Assembly: GCA_004431415.1 (NCBI GenBank)
Contig: QPMI01000401.1
Coordinates: 186,001-250,000, forward strand
Direction of reading: 5' to 3'
Origin: Cyanophora paradoxa CCMP329
Taxonomy: Eukaryota > Plantae > Glaucophyta
Length of the DNA stretch: 64,000 nucleotides
Shown here piece by piece: positions 11,401 through 24,100 of the stretch. Under the pieces are notes generated by a model. The model ran no database searches and was not told the DNA's origin. It saw only the letters and a program-made list of their open reading frames with translations. How positions within the stretch are numbered: the stretch's first letter is position 1; each line of letters begins with the position of its first letter. Made by a program: the position numbers and the translations under genes.

Positions 11401-12718
11401 GAACCCCCCCACATAGCACGCGGCCGCAGCAAACTATCGGCAGCTGTACCCCTCTCCCTTCCGCTGTCCCCGGGCCAGTTCCACCCTTCGAATTCTTCCC
11501 GCCGCAGGTATTGATTAGCTATTGACGTGCGCTTCCCTGAGATCGTTTCGTGAGACTGCGAGATTGCTTTGGATTTGCTCCGATTTCGATGTTCGAAAGA
11601 ATGAAGTGGAGAAATATCGATACACATCGATCGGCGCTGGCCACGTGCACGGCGAGCTTGAGCTAACATAGCCTAGCTATAGGCCTATAGCTTGTAGTGA
11701 GTATCGCACGTGCACATGAATGCATTGCATTGCAATTCGTCGATCGGTGCAGGCAAGCTATAGCTAGCGCTAGCGCTATCGCACAGAAATGAAACACTGG
11801 CGACCCTCATTTCCTGTGCGCCTGCGCGTACGCAGCCGCGAGGGCGTCGATGCGCTCCGCCCCGTACTTCTCCCGCATCCACGCCCCGAGCCTGCGCGCG
11901 CGCGGCCCGCGGCCCAAGCCCGTGAGTCCGGCACAGTCGTCACCCGCTCGGAGCTCGGGAGGGCGCCGGCTGACCGGGTACAGGCCTCGTTGACCGCCTC
12001 GCTGGAGCCACAGAACGAGAAGCGGACCTGCGCCGGTTCGAGACGCGGTCGGGAAGCGTCGTCGCCGCCTCGTCGGGCCAGCGGGGCGGGGCGGGGCGGG
12101 CCGGGCGGACGGACCGAGCGGTGGCCGCGCTGGTGTCGAAGTCGATGCCCGGCGTGATGGCCACGCCCGTGTCCTGGCCCCCGAGCCCCCGTCAGAGATG
12201 TAGAAAGCACGGAGCTCGATCCGACGGGGCGCACGTTGAGGAGCTGCCTGCAGAAGCCCTCGCTGTCCTCCGTGAAGTCCCCCACGTCCGCGTATCTGGG
12301 GGGACGCTCAGATCAGATCAGATCAGATCCGATTCGATCTGATCTGATCGGGGGGGGGGGGGGTGCGGACATGTAGAAGGCGCCCTGGGAGTCGGAGTGC
12401 TTGACGAGGCCGGCGGCGGGGAGCCCCCGCAGCAGCGCCGCCCGGTTCGCCTCGTACCTTGAGCAGAGGTTATGATGAGCTCGGGGCGTCCGCGCATATC
12501 TATCCGGCCGCGCGCGCGGGCACCGGCGGACGTGGCCCATCAGCTCGTCTGCGGCGGGCGCAGCTCAGGCGGTGTGCGTGGAGGGCGGGGCGGGGCCGGG
12601 GCCGGGGCGGGCCTTTGGAGCCGAAGGCCTCGAGGGCGGCGAGCTGCGAGTGCGTCGGGGCGTTGATGAACAGGTTCTGCTGCAGGCACTCCACGCTCCT
12701 GCGGGGGGAAAGGGGGGT
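7751..12718 (+). repeat. Segmental duplication unit 2, near-identical to 1-4990
   Basis: Direct comparison. Confidence 0.95.
8483..11416 (+). CDS. CRT-like transporter, copy 2
   Basis: Same exons as 734-3683; a 1-bp loss at the exon 2 donor (taccggtt vs taccgggtt) probably reflects sequencing error. Confidence 0.82.
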
Positions 12719-14737
12719 TGAGACGTCGGGGGCGAGACCTCTACGGCGCCGCGATGCAAGCCACTCTAGAGGAGGTCGCGGGGCGCGGGTCGGCAGGGCC
12801 GGGGCGGCGGGCAGGGTGCCGGGGCACCTGTGGAGGTCGTCGGGGACCACGAGCCAGCCGATGCGCCACCCCGTCATCGAGTAGAACTGCGGTGGGGGCG
12901 GGGGCGGGGGCGAGGCCGCGCCCGCTTAGCTTCAGAAGAAGAAGAGGAAGGCTGCTGTAGGGACGGATCCAGGTCCGGAGGGGGGGGGGGGGGGGGGGGG
13001 GGGGGAGGGAGGGGGGGGGGGTTACGGCCCGACCTTGGAGAAGGAGTTGACGACGACGGCGGTGGGGTCGAGCGAGACCGCCGACGTGCAGTGCAGGCCC
13101 TCGTACGCGATCCCGTGGTAGATCTGGCGAGAGGCGGCGTGAGGGCGAGGTCGAAATCAGCGGGGCGCGTCTGTGGGCGATCAATATGTACAAGAACAAG
13201 ATTAGAATAAGCGGCGCGCGCGTCTTCAAGCGATAACGACGCCGTCCACGCTGCATTGCATGGGGCACGAGTTGCCCGGCCCCTGGGGAAACGTACCTCG
13301 TCCGAGATAATGCGGATGCCTTTCCTGGTGCAGTAGTCCACCACCTCCTGTACCCCCCGGCGCTCGAAGCTCGCGGGGGAGTGTGGGAGGGGGGGGGGGA
13401 AGGGGCTCGAGGGGGGCACGCACGCGGAAGTGCTCGAGGTCGATGACGGTACCCGTGGGATTGGAGGGGGAGGCCAGGATGAGGCCGTGCAGCGGGCCTG
13501 CGAGGCGTGCGGGCGGGCGGGCGAACGCTCGGTCCGGGAGCCGACAGGAACGACGGGCGGCGGGCCGGGCGCGGGGCGCGGGACGCACCGCCCTCGCGCT
13601 CGGCCTGCTCGAGGAGCTCGACGGTGGGCTGGAAGTTCTGCTCGGGGCCCGTCAGCAGCGACACCGGCTCGATGTCCAGCCCCAGCAGGATGTTCCTGTA
13701 CCCGGGGTCTGGTGGGGGGGGTGGGGGTGCGGGTTAGAAGACCGGAGGAGAAGCGCTGGGGCGGGCGGGCGCACAGCCCGGGGCGGCCATGGCGACGCGG
13801 TCGCCGGCGTCGAAGGCGGCGATGAACGCGAGCACGAAGCCGGCCGAGGAGCCCGTCGTCACTGCGATCCGCTCCGCCGGCACCTCCGCTGGCGCGACGG
13901 GGGGGGGGGGGGGGGGAGGAGGAGGAGTGAGGGGCGGGGCGGGGGCGGGGGAGAGGGGCGGGAGGGGTAGGTAGGGCGCACCGTTGTACTCGTCCTTGTA
14001 GTGCCGGGCGATGCGCTCCCGCAGGGCCGGGATACCGAACGCCGGCGTGTACCTGGCGGCCAGCTGGATCGAATTCGAGGCGGAGGGGCGCGCGCGCGCG
14101 CGCGCTTGTCGCCGCCGCCGCACCCGATCTTGTCGCTGACGAGCGCCTCTTGCGCGGCCTTGATGACTCGCTGCGGGGCCCCCGTGGACGGCTGCCCCAC
14201 CTGCGGGGGCGGGGTCGGCGGGGCCCGCGGCTCCCCCGCGGCTCCTTCGGGCGGGCCGCCCGACCTGCAGGTGGAAGCACTCGCCGCCCGCTGCTTCGCG
14301 CTTCATCGCAGCCTGTAGCACCTCCATCACTGCGCGCGGCGGCCACGGTCAAGGCGGCCACAGCTGCAGATCGGCGAGATTGAAGGCTCTAAGCCGGCTG
14401 CAGGGCGGCTGCGCGGGTAGGCTTCGACGCGACAGCCGCAGCTGCACCCTAGATCGCGCTTCGCGGCCGCGCGGACGGCGCCGGGCGTGCGCATGCGGCG
14501 ATGCCGCTCTGCTCCTGACGCTTGGGCAGCGAGCGCGCTGTGATGCCGGTGTCGCGGGCGGGGCTGTTGTAGCTATGCATGCAAAGCTGCGTAGCTATCG
14601 CGCGCATTCGTGCACGGCGCAGCGCACCGATGAACGGCGGGATTACGCCGCGCCGCGACACCTTCGGCGCCGTGCTGCGGGGCGAATCAGCAAACGCGTC
14701 ATAGCGCAGCGGAGACTCGCCTTGCGGTGTGCGCCAT
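11807..14737 (-). CDS. Class I/II PLP-dependent aminotransferase (bacterial aspartate-aminotransferase-like), multi-exon
   Basis: Spliced: MAHTAS|TAPKVSRRGVIPPFI|VMEVLQAA...HLQ|VGQP...YTPAFGIPALRERIARHY...IAVTTGSSAGFVLAF...APG|...GYRNIL...LASPSNPTGT...IISDE|IYHG...VVNSFSK|FYSMTGWRIGW...GAFY...VAITPGIDF...VRFSFC; NP, DE(I)Y, SFSK (PLP lysine), GWRIG and terminal Arg motifs present. Confidence 0.92.
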
Positions 14738-14895
14738 GGTCTCCTTTGGCGCCGTGCTGCGGGGCAGGTCAGCAAACGCCTCAGAGCGCAGCGGGGACTC
14801 GCCTGGCGGTGTGCGGGGCCATGGTCTCGGCGAACAAGGTACCCCTGCCTCGCCGGCTGTCAGCGGCTGAGCCCGGTTCAGCCTTCTTGGGGGCT

Positions 14896-17800
14896 ATGGG
14901 TTTCGTTGCGGCGGCCCCTGTGCCGCCTGCACCGTGTCGAAACGCGTATGCAGCGATTCAAGCGTGCCCTGCCCGCCCACAGCGACAAAGGCTCCAGCTA
15001 CACCGACGCGAGCGCTGGATGGAGCAGCGAACGGCGTTCCTGGGGTATCTAAGATCGCTAGGGTCAGGCGTGCACGTGCCGCGGGTTGGTCGGAGTCACC
15101 ATCAGCAAAGCGCAGCAATCACTGTCGGCCGTGCGCTCGAGCCGGACCCAAGCGCCGGCAAGGGCTCATACGCGTCCTCGGGCTCCCCTGCATCAGCCTA
15201 CGCTTCGGTACGCGTTTCCGTGCACCGCGCGCAGCTGCAGCGGCCCTGAGCACGCGTGACGCGCAGTTCAACCAGTCCGACCTCGAGCTCGTAGGCGGCG
15301 CCTCGCAGCGGCCAGGAGACTCGCACGTGAGCTCGTTGTGCCTTTCCAGTGACGCTGCGCTCACGGGGCGGGTCCAGGAGGACGCGCTCGATGTTGCGCT
15401 TGAAGACCTCGACGAGGAGGAGTCCGGCGATGTCCTGCGGGACGAGGACGAGGACGAGGACGATAGCGAGACGATGCCCGAGAACGCTCCCGGCTTTATC
15501 GAGCAGCTGGAGGGCGACGTGATCGTGCGATCGAATTTCGTGTTGGTGGTGTCAAACCTCTGGCGACGGGCGCGCGCGCAGGTGGAGATCGCGGGCCTCG
15601 GGCGCCGGTTCAAGCGGATCAGGTCTGCACGGCCTTCGCGTGAGCCTGCGCTGCGGGCTCGTTCTCAGGGGGCCCGCCCGCAGCGCGAGGATCCTTATCG
15701 ACGCGGACATCCATCAGATCTGGGACGTGCTCACGGGTGCGCCGCCGCTTCCGCGCGCCTCGAGCTTCGGGAATTCGTTCAAATCTGGACGCCGCACCAG
15801 ACTACGAGAGCTTGCCCAAGTTCATCCCGAACCTCGCGCGCTGCGAGCGGCTCGAGCACCCGACCGGCGGCATACGGCTCCTGCAGGCGCGCTGCTCCTT
15901 GGCCCCAACCCCGTGCCCCAACAGCGCTGAAGGCCCGCTCGGCACGCCCTCAGGTCGGCACCCAGTCGCTCGTCTACATCCAGTTCGAGGCCAAGGTTCG
16001 CCCCCGTTCCCCGCGTGACGTACCCCCCGGCGCTCCGAACGCGGTACCCCCAGGCGGTGATGGACGTGGTGGAGAGGCCGTACCAGGAGATCGAGTTCTC
16101 GATGGTGGACGGCGACTTCCACGTATTCCGTGCGCGCCGCGTACCCCCCTGGAATCCGCGTAACCCCTGGAGCGTGGGAGAGCTCACGGGGCGGGGACCG
16201 CGCAGGGGGCCTGTGGCGGCTCACGCCGGCGCCGGACGGGTCGAGGCGAACGATCCTCCGCTACAGCGTCGACGTGAAGCCGAAGGTGACGCTTCCGCTC
16301 ACGTTCATCTCCGCCATCATCCGAAACGACCTCCCCACCAACCTGTTCGTTCGCATACCCCCCTCCGAGTCGAATCCGCTCGCGTAAACTGATTCCCGTC
16401 CGCTCCCCGCAGGCTCGCCGTCAAAAAGCGCGCCGAGAAGCTCGCCCTGCTCGCCCCCGCCGCCCCGCCGAGCTCGGTGCCGTACCCGCTCCACGCACCG
16501 GCGTGACGTCGCGATTGTTCTTTGACATCGTACCCCCTCCCAGGAGGTCCCCCTAACCCCGGACCAGAGCCCCCTCCCCTCCTTCGACGACGAGGCCGCG
16601 AACTTCCTTGGACCCGCCTCCTACGCGATCCAGGTACCCCCGCGCCCCCCGCCCCTTTCCGCGTACCCCTGCCGACGCCGATGTCCCCCCGACGCGCAGG
16701 ACCCGTCGGCGTGCCCCCTGGAGCCCACCGCCTTCGAAGCCACGTGCGCCGTACCCCCTCACCGCCCCGCGCCGCGCCCGACTCCGGAGTAGGCCCCTCG
16801 TGGAGAGCGTCAGGAAGCGCGGGAAGTGGTACCAGCGCATCTCCGCGGGTGCCGTACCCCATCCTTCTGCACCGTCCCCTTCCGACCGTACCCGCGGCAG
16901 GCTTCGTGGTCAACGCGGACCGGCAGACCGTGTGGAACGTGCGCGTACCCCCCGCCCCCCCGCGCCTCGCACGACGCGAGCCCGACCGACCCCGGGGGCC
17001 CGGGGCCCGACAGGTCCTGACGGACTACGAGGCGCTCCGCTCCTTCGTGCCCAACCTCATGCAGGCGAGCGAGCAGGCCGTCCTTTCCCTTTCTAGGCCG
17101 GCCGGCCGGCTTAGCTAACCCTCGGCGTGCAGTCGGAGCGGCTCCCCTCGGAGGACCCCGCCGTCGTCCGCATCCTCCAGGCGAGCCGCCCGCCCGCTCC
17201 GCCGTCTCCCTCTCTCCGCCCGCCCGCCTTCCCCGGCCCCTCGCCTCGCCGCGCCCTGACGCCGCGACTGGGACGCCAGGTCGCCGTCAAGTACCACATG
17301 GTGGGCCCCGCCCCGCCGCGCCGCGCCCCGCCCCGCCGCGCCCCGCCCCGCCCCGCCCCGCCCCGCCCCGCCCGCCTGGGAGCGCTGGGGCGGCTTGCGG
17401 GCCTGCGCGGGGGCTGACGGCCCGGCGTGGCGGGGCGCAGTACTTCCAGTTCCAGGCCCGCGCCGTCATCGACGTCGTCGAGGTCCGGGGCGGCCCGCCC
17501 GCCCGCCCGCTCGCTCGCAGATAGATGGATATCGATGGGCGCGAGGCGTCCTCGCGGCCGGCCGCCCGACGCGGGGCGGGCGGGCGGGCGGGGCGGCAGG
17601 TACCGACGCGGGAGATCCGCTTCACGATGGTCGAGGGCGACTTCCAGGAGTTCCAGGCGCGGCCCCGACCCATCCCCGCCCGCCCGCCCCGTTCTTAGAG
17701 GGATCTGGGGGCGCTCTTGGGGCGAGGCTGTCCTTCGCTGGCTCGCCTTCTTCTTCGCTGACCGGGGCGGGCGGGGCAGGGCAAGTGGAGCATCGTGGCG

Positions 17801-19412
17801 AACAAGGTCCGCCCCCGTCTGTCGGGTCTCGCGCCGGGGCGCCCCAAGTCTTACAAGCGCCCCGCCTCGTCGCGCAGGGGGACCCCCGCGTCACGCGCGT
17901 CGCCTACACCGTCGAGGCGCGCGCCCCTCCCCGCCACGACCCCTCTCTTCTCGAGCCGGCCCGCACGCAGGTGCGCCCCAAGGGCGCCGTACCCTTCGGC
18001 GTCGTCGAGCGCATCATCTCCGCCGACCTCCCGATTATGCTGTACGCCCCCGTCTCCCCCCCCCCCCCCCCTCCCATTTGCCTTCGTTTACCCCCGGGGC
18101 AGGGCGGCCCTGAGCCAACGCATGGCGAGCATGTTCCAGGAGAAGGCCCGCAGGGTACGCGCGCGCCGCGAGGCGCCGGGCCTGTACCCCCTCCTTAGCG
18201 AGCGAGCGGCCGGGCGCGCAGGTCCGGCAGCCGCTGCGGCAGCCCTCCGCCGCCTCGTCCTCGCTGTTCCCCTCCCGCCCCTCGTCCCCCTCCCGCGCCT
18301 CCTCCGCCTCGCCCACGCCGGCCCCTTCCCCCCTCGAGCCCTCCGCCCGGCGGCCCCGGAACGTGCGGCTGCCCTCCTCCGCTACCCCTCCCCCCCGTCC
18401 CCTAATCTTTGCCCCCGCGCAGCACTTCGCGGACTTCGAGAACCTGAGGGGCGAGCTCCTCGCCTTCGTCGAGGCGAACGGGACCCCTGGAGGTCCCCGC
18501 CCGCCCGCCCGCCCGCCCGCCCGCCCGCCACCGCGCCCTAGGCAGAGCGCGGCGCGCCGACCCCCTCCCCCGCCCCCGCCCTCGCGCGCAGTGATGCCGA
18601 AGTCGCGGACGCTGCGGGACGCGCGCCGCGTCGACCTCCTCAAGGTCCGAGGCGCCCCCGCGCGGGGCCGGCGCCCCAGGGAGCCGGGCCAAAGTAGAGA
18701 AAGCGATGAATACCGTTCCTTTTCCACTCAACTCGGATAATGCCGACACCGATTACTTTAATCGTGAGTAACGCGGTCGCGTAGGCGATCACGCTGCACG
18801 GCGGGGTGGGCGAGGTCGCCCGCAAGATGGGCCTCGAGATCCAGCACAAGGAGGCCAAGCCCTGGGGCTACTGGTCCGCCCCCCCCCCCCCCCCCCCCCC
18901 CCTCCCCCTTCTCCTCCTCCTCCCCCCCCCCCCCCCCCCCCCCCCCCGAAGCCTTGGAGCAGGGACAAGATGGCGAACATGGAGCGGGAGCTGACGGCCT
19001 TCATCGAGGAGCACGGCGCCCCCGGGTCCGCCCGCGCCTTAAGCTTCTTCCCTACGCTAACGCTGCCCTCCGCGCGCTCTCATTTCCGCTCCTCTGACGC
19101 CGCGCCGGGGTACAGGTACATGCCGACGCGGGAGGCGATGCGGGGGGCGGGGCGCGTGGACCTCGCCCGCGCCGTCGACAAGTACGGCGGCCTCGTTCAG
19201 GTACCCCCGCGCGCGCGCCGCGTACCCCCGTCCGATCGATCCCCCTTCGTTCTCCGTGTCGCCGATCGGGCATTGTTCTACAGGTGGCCCACATGCTGGG
19301 CCTGAAGCTCTCCCGGAAGCGCCGCGGGGCTGCCGACGGCGACGGCGCCGGCGACGGCGCGGGGCGGGCGGGCCCCGGCGGGGACGGACAGGAGGAGGAG
19401 GAGGAGGAGTGA
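14896..19412 (+). CDS. Plastid-targeted protein with two SRPBCC (polyketide cyclase/Coq10-like START) domains and two C-terminal helical repeats
   Basis: Presequence MGFVAAAPVPPAPCR...; domain 1 SARILIDADIHQIWDVLT|DYESLPKFIPNL...EIEFSMVDGDFHVF|RGLWRL; domain 2 VLTDYEALRSFVPNL...IRFTMVEGDFQEFQ|GKW; tail MPKSRTLRDARRVDLLK|AITLHGG...KPWGYW|DKMANMERELTAF...YMPTREAMRGAGRVDLARAVDKYGGL; architecture recalled for land-plant At5g08720-type proteins. Confidence 0.85.
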
Positions 19413-19815
19413 GAGGACTGGAGAGGCGTGCACGGGGGTTTTCATCTGGCGTGGTTTGAAATCTCTTGTCCGGACATCGTGCTTCGATTTTGCTTCTGCG
19501 TTTTTTTCATGACAGCTGAGCTTTTTTGAATTTGCAATTGAACAGCGCGCTTGCTTGACGAACACCAGAGTGCGTCGACGAGCATAATACATAGCGGTGT
19601 GCATCTTATGCGTGTGAGCCGGCCCCGACGTTGACTCCGGCGAGTCGTGACGTCGACGAACCGTCAGAGCGAGCTCGAGTCGAATTCGAAGCTTAAGAGC
19701 AGTACTAGTAAATCATTGAATTTTAAAAAGCGGTCTGCATGAATGTTTAATTTTATGCCGCAGCTGCAGTGCGTGTGCTCATGAGAATTCGAAATCGATT
19801 GACCTCCGGGAGCTT

Positions 19816-21138
19816 CGCCGGGCCGGGAGCGGGTCGCGGGCGTGATGTGTGATGGAATAATTATAATTATAAGTTAGTGTATTTCGATAATTATAACACT
19901 GTGACACGCATTCAATAAGGTCCCGAGGTCAATGACTAGTCCTACCTACGCCTACGCTACACCCGGTCTCTACTACAGAGGGCTGCATGGAAAGTGGAAA
20001 GGTTGTACAGGTACAGGCGCCGCGGCTCAGAAGAGGGCGCCGAAGGGCGAGGCGACGGCCCCGCAGACGAGGGCCCAGAAGTCGTCGGCGCCCGACGCCG
20101 CCCCCAGCTCCGGGTGCGGCTCCACGCTCGCCACCGGCCGCGGGCCCGGCAACACGCTCCCCGCGCCGCTGCCGCTGCCGCTGCCGCTGCCGCTGCACGC
20201 GCCCGCCGCCCGCGCCGCCGCGCATCCGCCGCCCGCCCGCGCCGCAGCGCACCCGCCGCTGCCGCCGCAGCCCCGCCGCGCCGCCGCGGACGGCGATGGC
20301 GGCGGCGACAGCCGCTCCCCGTCGAACGTCACCACGCGGCTCGCGTCCGCCCCGCCGCACCCGCAGCCGCCGCTGCACGCCCCGCCGCAGGCCCGCACAA
20401 CGAGCCCGCCGCTCGGGACGAAGGTCCGTGCAGGGGCGGCCCAGAGCTGCTGGCGGGAGCCGAGGAAGCGGCAGCTCGGCGAGGACGGTCCCGCCGCCGC
20501 GGGGAGCGGGAGGGTGCGAGATGACCGACGAGACGCCTGGGCGCAACACGTCAGCCGCCGATCGTGCGCGTAGCGAGCGGGGCCCGAGCGCGAGCGAGCG
20601 GCGGCGCTCACCTCGAAGGCGATGGATGGCGCGAGGCCAGATCGGCAGGCCTGAGAGGTGCTGGCGACGGGAGCGCAGAACGAGGCCTCCATCAGCGCGG
20701 TCGTGTCTTGAAGCTGGAGCGAGAGAGTGCTTTGCGCTGCTGCGGAATGTGCTGCGAGCGGCCGCAGCGCCCGGTTTTGTCGCCCGGCGGACGCATGGAC
20801 GCCACACGCTCCACGCGCTCCACGCGCCAAGATCAGCGCTAGCCGGCCTCGCGCAGGCGCGTGGCGGTCTTGGGGGGGGGGGGGGGGGGGGGGGGGAGGG
20901 GGAGGAGTCAGGGGGGGGGGAAGGCGTCGGCCTAATTCGGCGCCCGGCCGCGCGCCTTCGAAATTGCGCATCGATATCGATATCGCTTGCGGCGCTCGAA
21001 TTCGAACAGCTTCGAACTCCGTGTGCATGCGCAATTGCCGCAGTGCAAGCGATCATCGGATTCTCGGCCACCGCACGCGCTGCTCGCATCGCCCAGCTCA
21101 TCAGCGCTAGCTAGCGCTAGCGCCCGGGGCCATGAACG
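19816..21138 (-). repeat. ~1.32 kb repeat, right arm of the inverted pair with 5791-7053
   Basis: Reverse-complement similarity; ORFs 20027..21034(-) and 5890..6903(+) encode near-identical peptides. Confidence 0.9.
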
Positions 21139-21186
21139 CGGATCCAGAGCCCCGCGCGCGTTTGCACATGCAGCTGCAAATTCACG

Positions 21187-24100
21187 TCAAGCGACCGGTG
21201 GCTGTACACGAGACAAGAGGGGAAGCGGCGGAATGTTCACGGGCCCGGAAGGGGGGAAGGACGGAAGCCGGAGCGGCACCGGGGGCGGGGGCATCGGAGG
21301 GAGGGGCGGGGGGGCGAAGGCGAGTGCAGGAGCGAATGGAAATGCCGCTTGTCCGCCCGGCATGGATCCGGACGAGCGAGGGGAAGGGAGCATGGAAATG
21401 GGGTAGACGGGAAGCTCGGCCGGCTTGAGCTGGGGGAAGGATGCAGGCGTCTGGGGCACGTAGATGATGGGCGGGGCGCCTGCTTCGAAGAGAGTAATTG
21501 TAAGAAACAAGATGCAGAGGGGTGCAATTGCAGGGGCTCGAGGGGGGGTTCGATTCGGACCGGTGGGGCGCAGCAGGCCGAGGAGGGAGGCGGGGTGGGG
21601 CGCGGCGCCGCCGGACGGGGCGCCGCCGGACGGGGCGCCGCCGGCCGCGGGCGTCGATCCGGGTCCGGAGCTCGGGGCGACGATGGCCGAAGACCTCCTG
21701 TGCCCTGACGTCCCAATTGCAACGTCGAGCGCGGGGGGCTGGCCCCAGGCCGACACCGACGAGGCCCGCCGCTCGCGGTCGCTCCCCTGGTCCGGGGTCC
21801 TCTGCGCCGGGGCCGTGCCCCCCGGCACGCCCCCGAACCTCAGGCTAGAGGGCCGACGCCCCGAGTCGCCGCCGGGGCCGCGGGAGGAGGCGGGCAGGCC
21901 CCACAGGGACCCCCGCCGGCTCTCCGCCGGCCCCTCCCCCTCCGACACTTCTCTGGACGGCGCCAGCTGCAGCGCCGGGGCGGGGGCAGGGGCGGGGGCC
22001 GGGGAAGCCAGGAGGCCGGCCCCGGCGACCCACGTCTTGCTCTTGCGCACCCCCACGACCCTCCTGAGCCGGCCGGAGGCGGCCGCCTGCGCGCATGCGC
22101 AGTTCCGTCAGCGAACGCGGGCTCGGAAGGAAGCCTGAGCTCGAGGCGAGGCGAGGCCCCAGCGGGTCGTGATCGCACCGGCCCCTGCCCCTGCCCGCCT
22201 CCAACAGAGCCCGCCTGCGCAGCCGGGGCCGCCGCCGGCGCCTCGGCCTCGGATTCGGACTCCTTGGCCGTAGGGGACACCACGATGCTCGCGACCGTGG
22301 CCCCGTGCCGCCGCGAGGCCTGCACGAGGGGCCCGGGCCGCGGTGGTCAGACGCGGTCCGGTCCGGCGAGATCGATGCCGGCCCAGCGAGCGCGCGCGCC
22401 TGACGGAGGGACGGCGGCCTCGCGCTCTGGGGCCCGTTGGGCGCGGCGGCGGCGGCTGTGCTACCCAGCTGCAGCTTGATCGCCGACGCCGCCGCTCTCT
22501 CCTGCGCGCCCGCAAGGTGAGCCCCCGCGCGCGCCCGGGCAAAGATCTAGACCACGGATAGGAAGCTTGAAGTCGCGCACCGGGCCGGGCGCCGGGCGGA
22601 GGTCGGCGAAGGGGAACGGGGCGCCGGCCTTGAGGCAGTGCACGGCGGCCCGCGCCCGCGCGCGCAGCGCCGGCAGCTCCGACATGCACGCCGCCTGCGC
22701 TCAGATGAGCTCAGCAAATTAAAGCTAGCTCGGGGCGGGGCGGGGCGGGGCGGGCCTTGAGGAGGCCGGCGGCGACGGGCTCGTGGGCGAGGAGGGCGAC
22801 CCCCGCGCCGCACGCCGTCAGCGTCGCCAGCACGTACACCGCGTCCGCCGCCTGCGCGGGAGCTCAAGGGGCGGAGCGGCGCGGCGGGCGCGCGCTCAGG
22901 GAGGGGACTCCAAGGGCGGGGCCGGGCCCTCGCGGAGACCTAGAGCTATAGCTAGATCTGGAGGTGACGGGGTCTGTAGGATGGGGGAGGGCCGGGGGCG
23001 CGGACCAGGGTCCAGGGGGAGAGGGCGAGGGCGGGGTCGCGCCGGCACGCGGCCGGGGAGGCCATCCCCACGGGGCCCGCCGCCATCTGCTGAGGCCCCG
23101 GGGCGGCGCCCGTCAACGATCGAGCGCCGCGCGTCCGACGGAAACGGGAGAGATATGCATATGTAGGCTCCGGCAGTCTATGGGCGGCCTCTAAGCGAAT
23201 GCGATCGAGCGCGGCGACGAGTTCGAGCGCGGCGACGAGGGCGGGGGCGGGGGCGGCGGGGCGGGGCGGGCGCATGCGCACGGCGGCGAGGGCGCCGAGG
23301 CGGGCCTCGGAGGCGAAGAGGCGCGCCACCGCGCTCTCCCCGTTCACCCGCCCCACGCCCCTGCCCCCCCATGCACGCCCCCCGTCAGCAGCCGCTGGGC
23401 CTGCGGCCGCGCTCCGCTGCATTCAGGGCGCACCGGCGGAGGGATCCGGCCTCGAGCATGCCGAGGAGGGCGAGCTCCGCCTGCGCGCGCCCCGGGCCGA
23501 CCCCCGCCCTCCCGTCAGCGACCCCCCGGATCAAGATCTAGACCTAGATCTGCGGGGGTCGGACCTCGAGCTCCTGCTCCTTCGCCTCCTCCACCCACTG
23601 CCGCCCGCCCCGCAGAGTCAGGGCCCGCTAGAGATTGCAAGCTCGTCGAAGGGGATCTGCGGGGGCCGGGCGCGCACATCGGCCTTCTCCCAGGGGCCCG
23701 TATCCTCCGCCACCAGCCGCACGCACCGCAGCGCTGCGAAGCCGACGCTTAGAGGGAAGACGAAGGAAGGTTTAGAGGAAGGGGGCGGGGCTACCGGGTG
23801 CGGCGAGGTCGCCCCCCGCGCACGCGTGCCTGGCCACGTTCACCTGCGCCCCGCCCGCTTAGACTGGGGGAGCGGCGCCGGCGGGACGGGGCGGGGCGGG
23901 CGGGCCATCTCGCGGGCGAGGCGCTGGCGGGTGCGCTCGGTCTGCATGAGGCCGACGAGGGCGCGAAGGCCCGTCCCCGCCAGCTCCCCCTCCGGGTGCC
24001 TGCCCCGCGAAGCCCCCGGCCGTCAGAGAGTGGGCGGCCGCGGGCGGCTGGGGCCGGGATGCGCATGCGCGGGGCGCACCGGGAGAGGAGGACGGCGGCG

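Noticed and set aside
8120-12140. Pseudogenisation or programmed frameshifting of copy-2 genes (also the F-box and TRF-like frameshifts)
   Set aside because: The shifts I could localise are 1-bp losses in short G/C runs, best explained as sequencing error; cannot be called without reads
12979-13021. Long G/C homopolymers (also ~13898-13916, 18879-18947, 20872-20896) as functional G-quadruplexes
   Set aside because: Common low-complexity tracts with unreliable lengths; no specific evidence of function
16551-16560. CCCTAA telomere-like hexamers (also ~32672)
   Set aside because: Single isolated units expected by chance
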